In this document: positions 31,787 to 32,000 of the stretch, in pieces
Layout of the letters: each line of letters starts with the position of its first letter
How positions within the stretch are numbered: position 1 is the stretch's first letter
Source: Candidatus Saganbacteria bacterium
Lineage (GTDB): Bacteria; Margulisbacteria; WOR-1; JAKLHX01
Direction: 5' to 3'
Assembly: GCA_026387835.1 (NCBI GenBank)
Contig: JAPLKZ010000007.1
Location: forward strand, 199,291 to 231,290
Length of the DNA stretch: 32,000 nucleotides
Position numbers and translations under genes: made by a program
The notes under the pieces: model-generated
Seen by the model: the letters and a program-made list of their open reading frames with translations, nothing else
What the model was told of the DNA's origin: nothing
The model's database searches: none

Positions 31787-32000
31787 TTACGATCCCCGTT
31801 GAGCATCTAGGACTGAAACGCCTCTCTTATCACTTTGCCTAGAACCGGCCACTGTTTTACTGAAAATGTTATAATTTACCAGGTTAAAGGTATTTTCATA
31901 ATAATTATCTACTGTATCCTTGAACTTTTTATTCCAGAATTTTTCGACTCCCGAGCCGCCCAGATCGATTGCAGTTTTCAGTTGTTTCAGTTTTTCCAGC
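31787..32000 (-). CDS. C-terminus of an unidentified protein, partial (runs off right edge)
   Basis: Hand translation: LEKLKQLKTAIDLGGSGVEKFWNKKFKDTVDNYYENTFNLVNYNIFSKTVAGSRQSDKRGVSVLDAQRGS*. Open to the window end and followed by the SD of the next gene. Confidence 0.7.
   Translation of the reverse strand, partial: LEKLKQLKTAIDLGGSGVEKFWNKKFKDTVDNYYENTFNLVNYNIFSKTVAGSRQSDKRGVSVLDAQRGS

Overview
The window is almost completely coding. It looks like a bacterial chromosome segment from an uncultured-type lineage; gene content would fit Omnitrophota/PVC-like bacteria, but that is only an inference. From left to right: (1) A minus-strand informational block runs YkgJ-like (partial), ligA (broken by a frameshift/deletion), truB, DHH/DHHA1 phosphoesterase, rbfA, infB, nusA. 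(2) A small Met/His-rich membrane protein shares a bidirectional terminator with groEL. (3) groES-groEL sits under a perfect CIRCE operator. (4) A plus-strand run carries a ROK kinase, hisH, hisA, a zinc-ribbon methyltransferase and an APH-fold kinase. (5) A minus-strand type II FAS/PKS-like operon has a ketoreductase, an ACP, a divergent dehydratase, an intact ketosynthase, a ketosynthase-like partner lacking Cys-His-His, and a TPR glycosyltransferase. A divergent PlsC-like protein with degenerate catalytic motifs lies beside it. (6) A minus-strand run of five uncharacterised ORFs ends in a 3107-aa giant protein. That protein has internal hydrophobic segments, about 390-aa-spaced internal duplications and MgtE_N/FliG-like helical motifs. 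The best candidates for undescribed biology are the giant-protein operon (20519-32000) and the KS/pseudo-KS cluster (15693-20441). Family assignments rest on reading motifs in the supplied translations; no database search was run.
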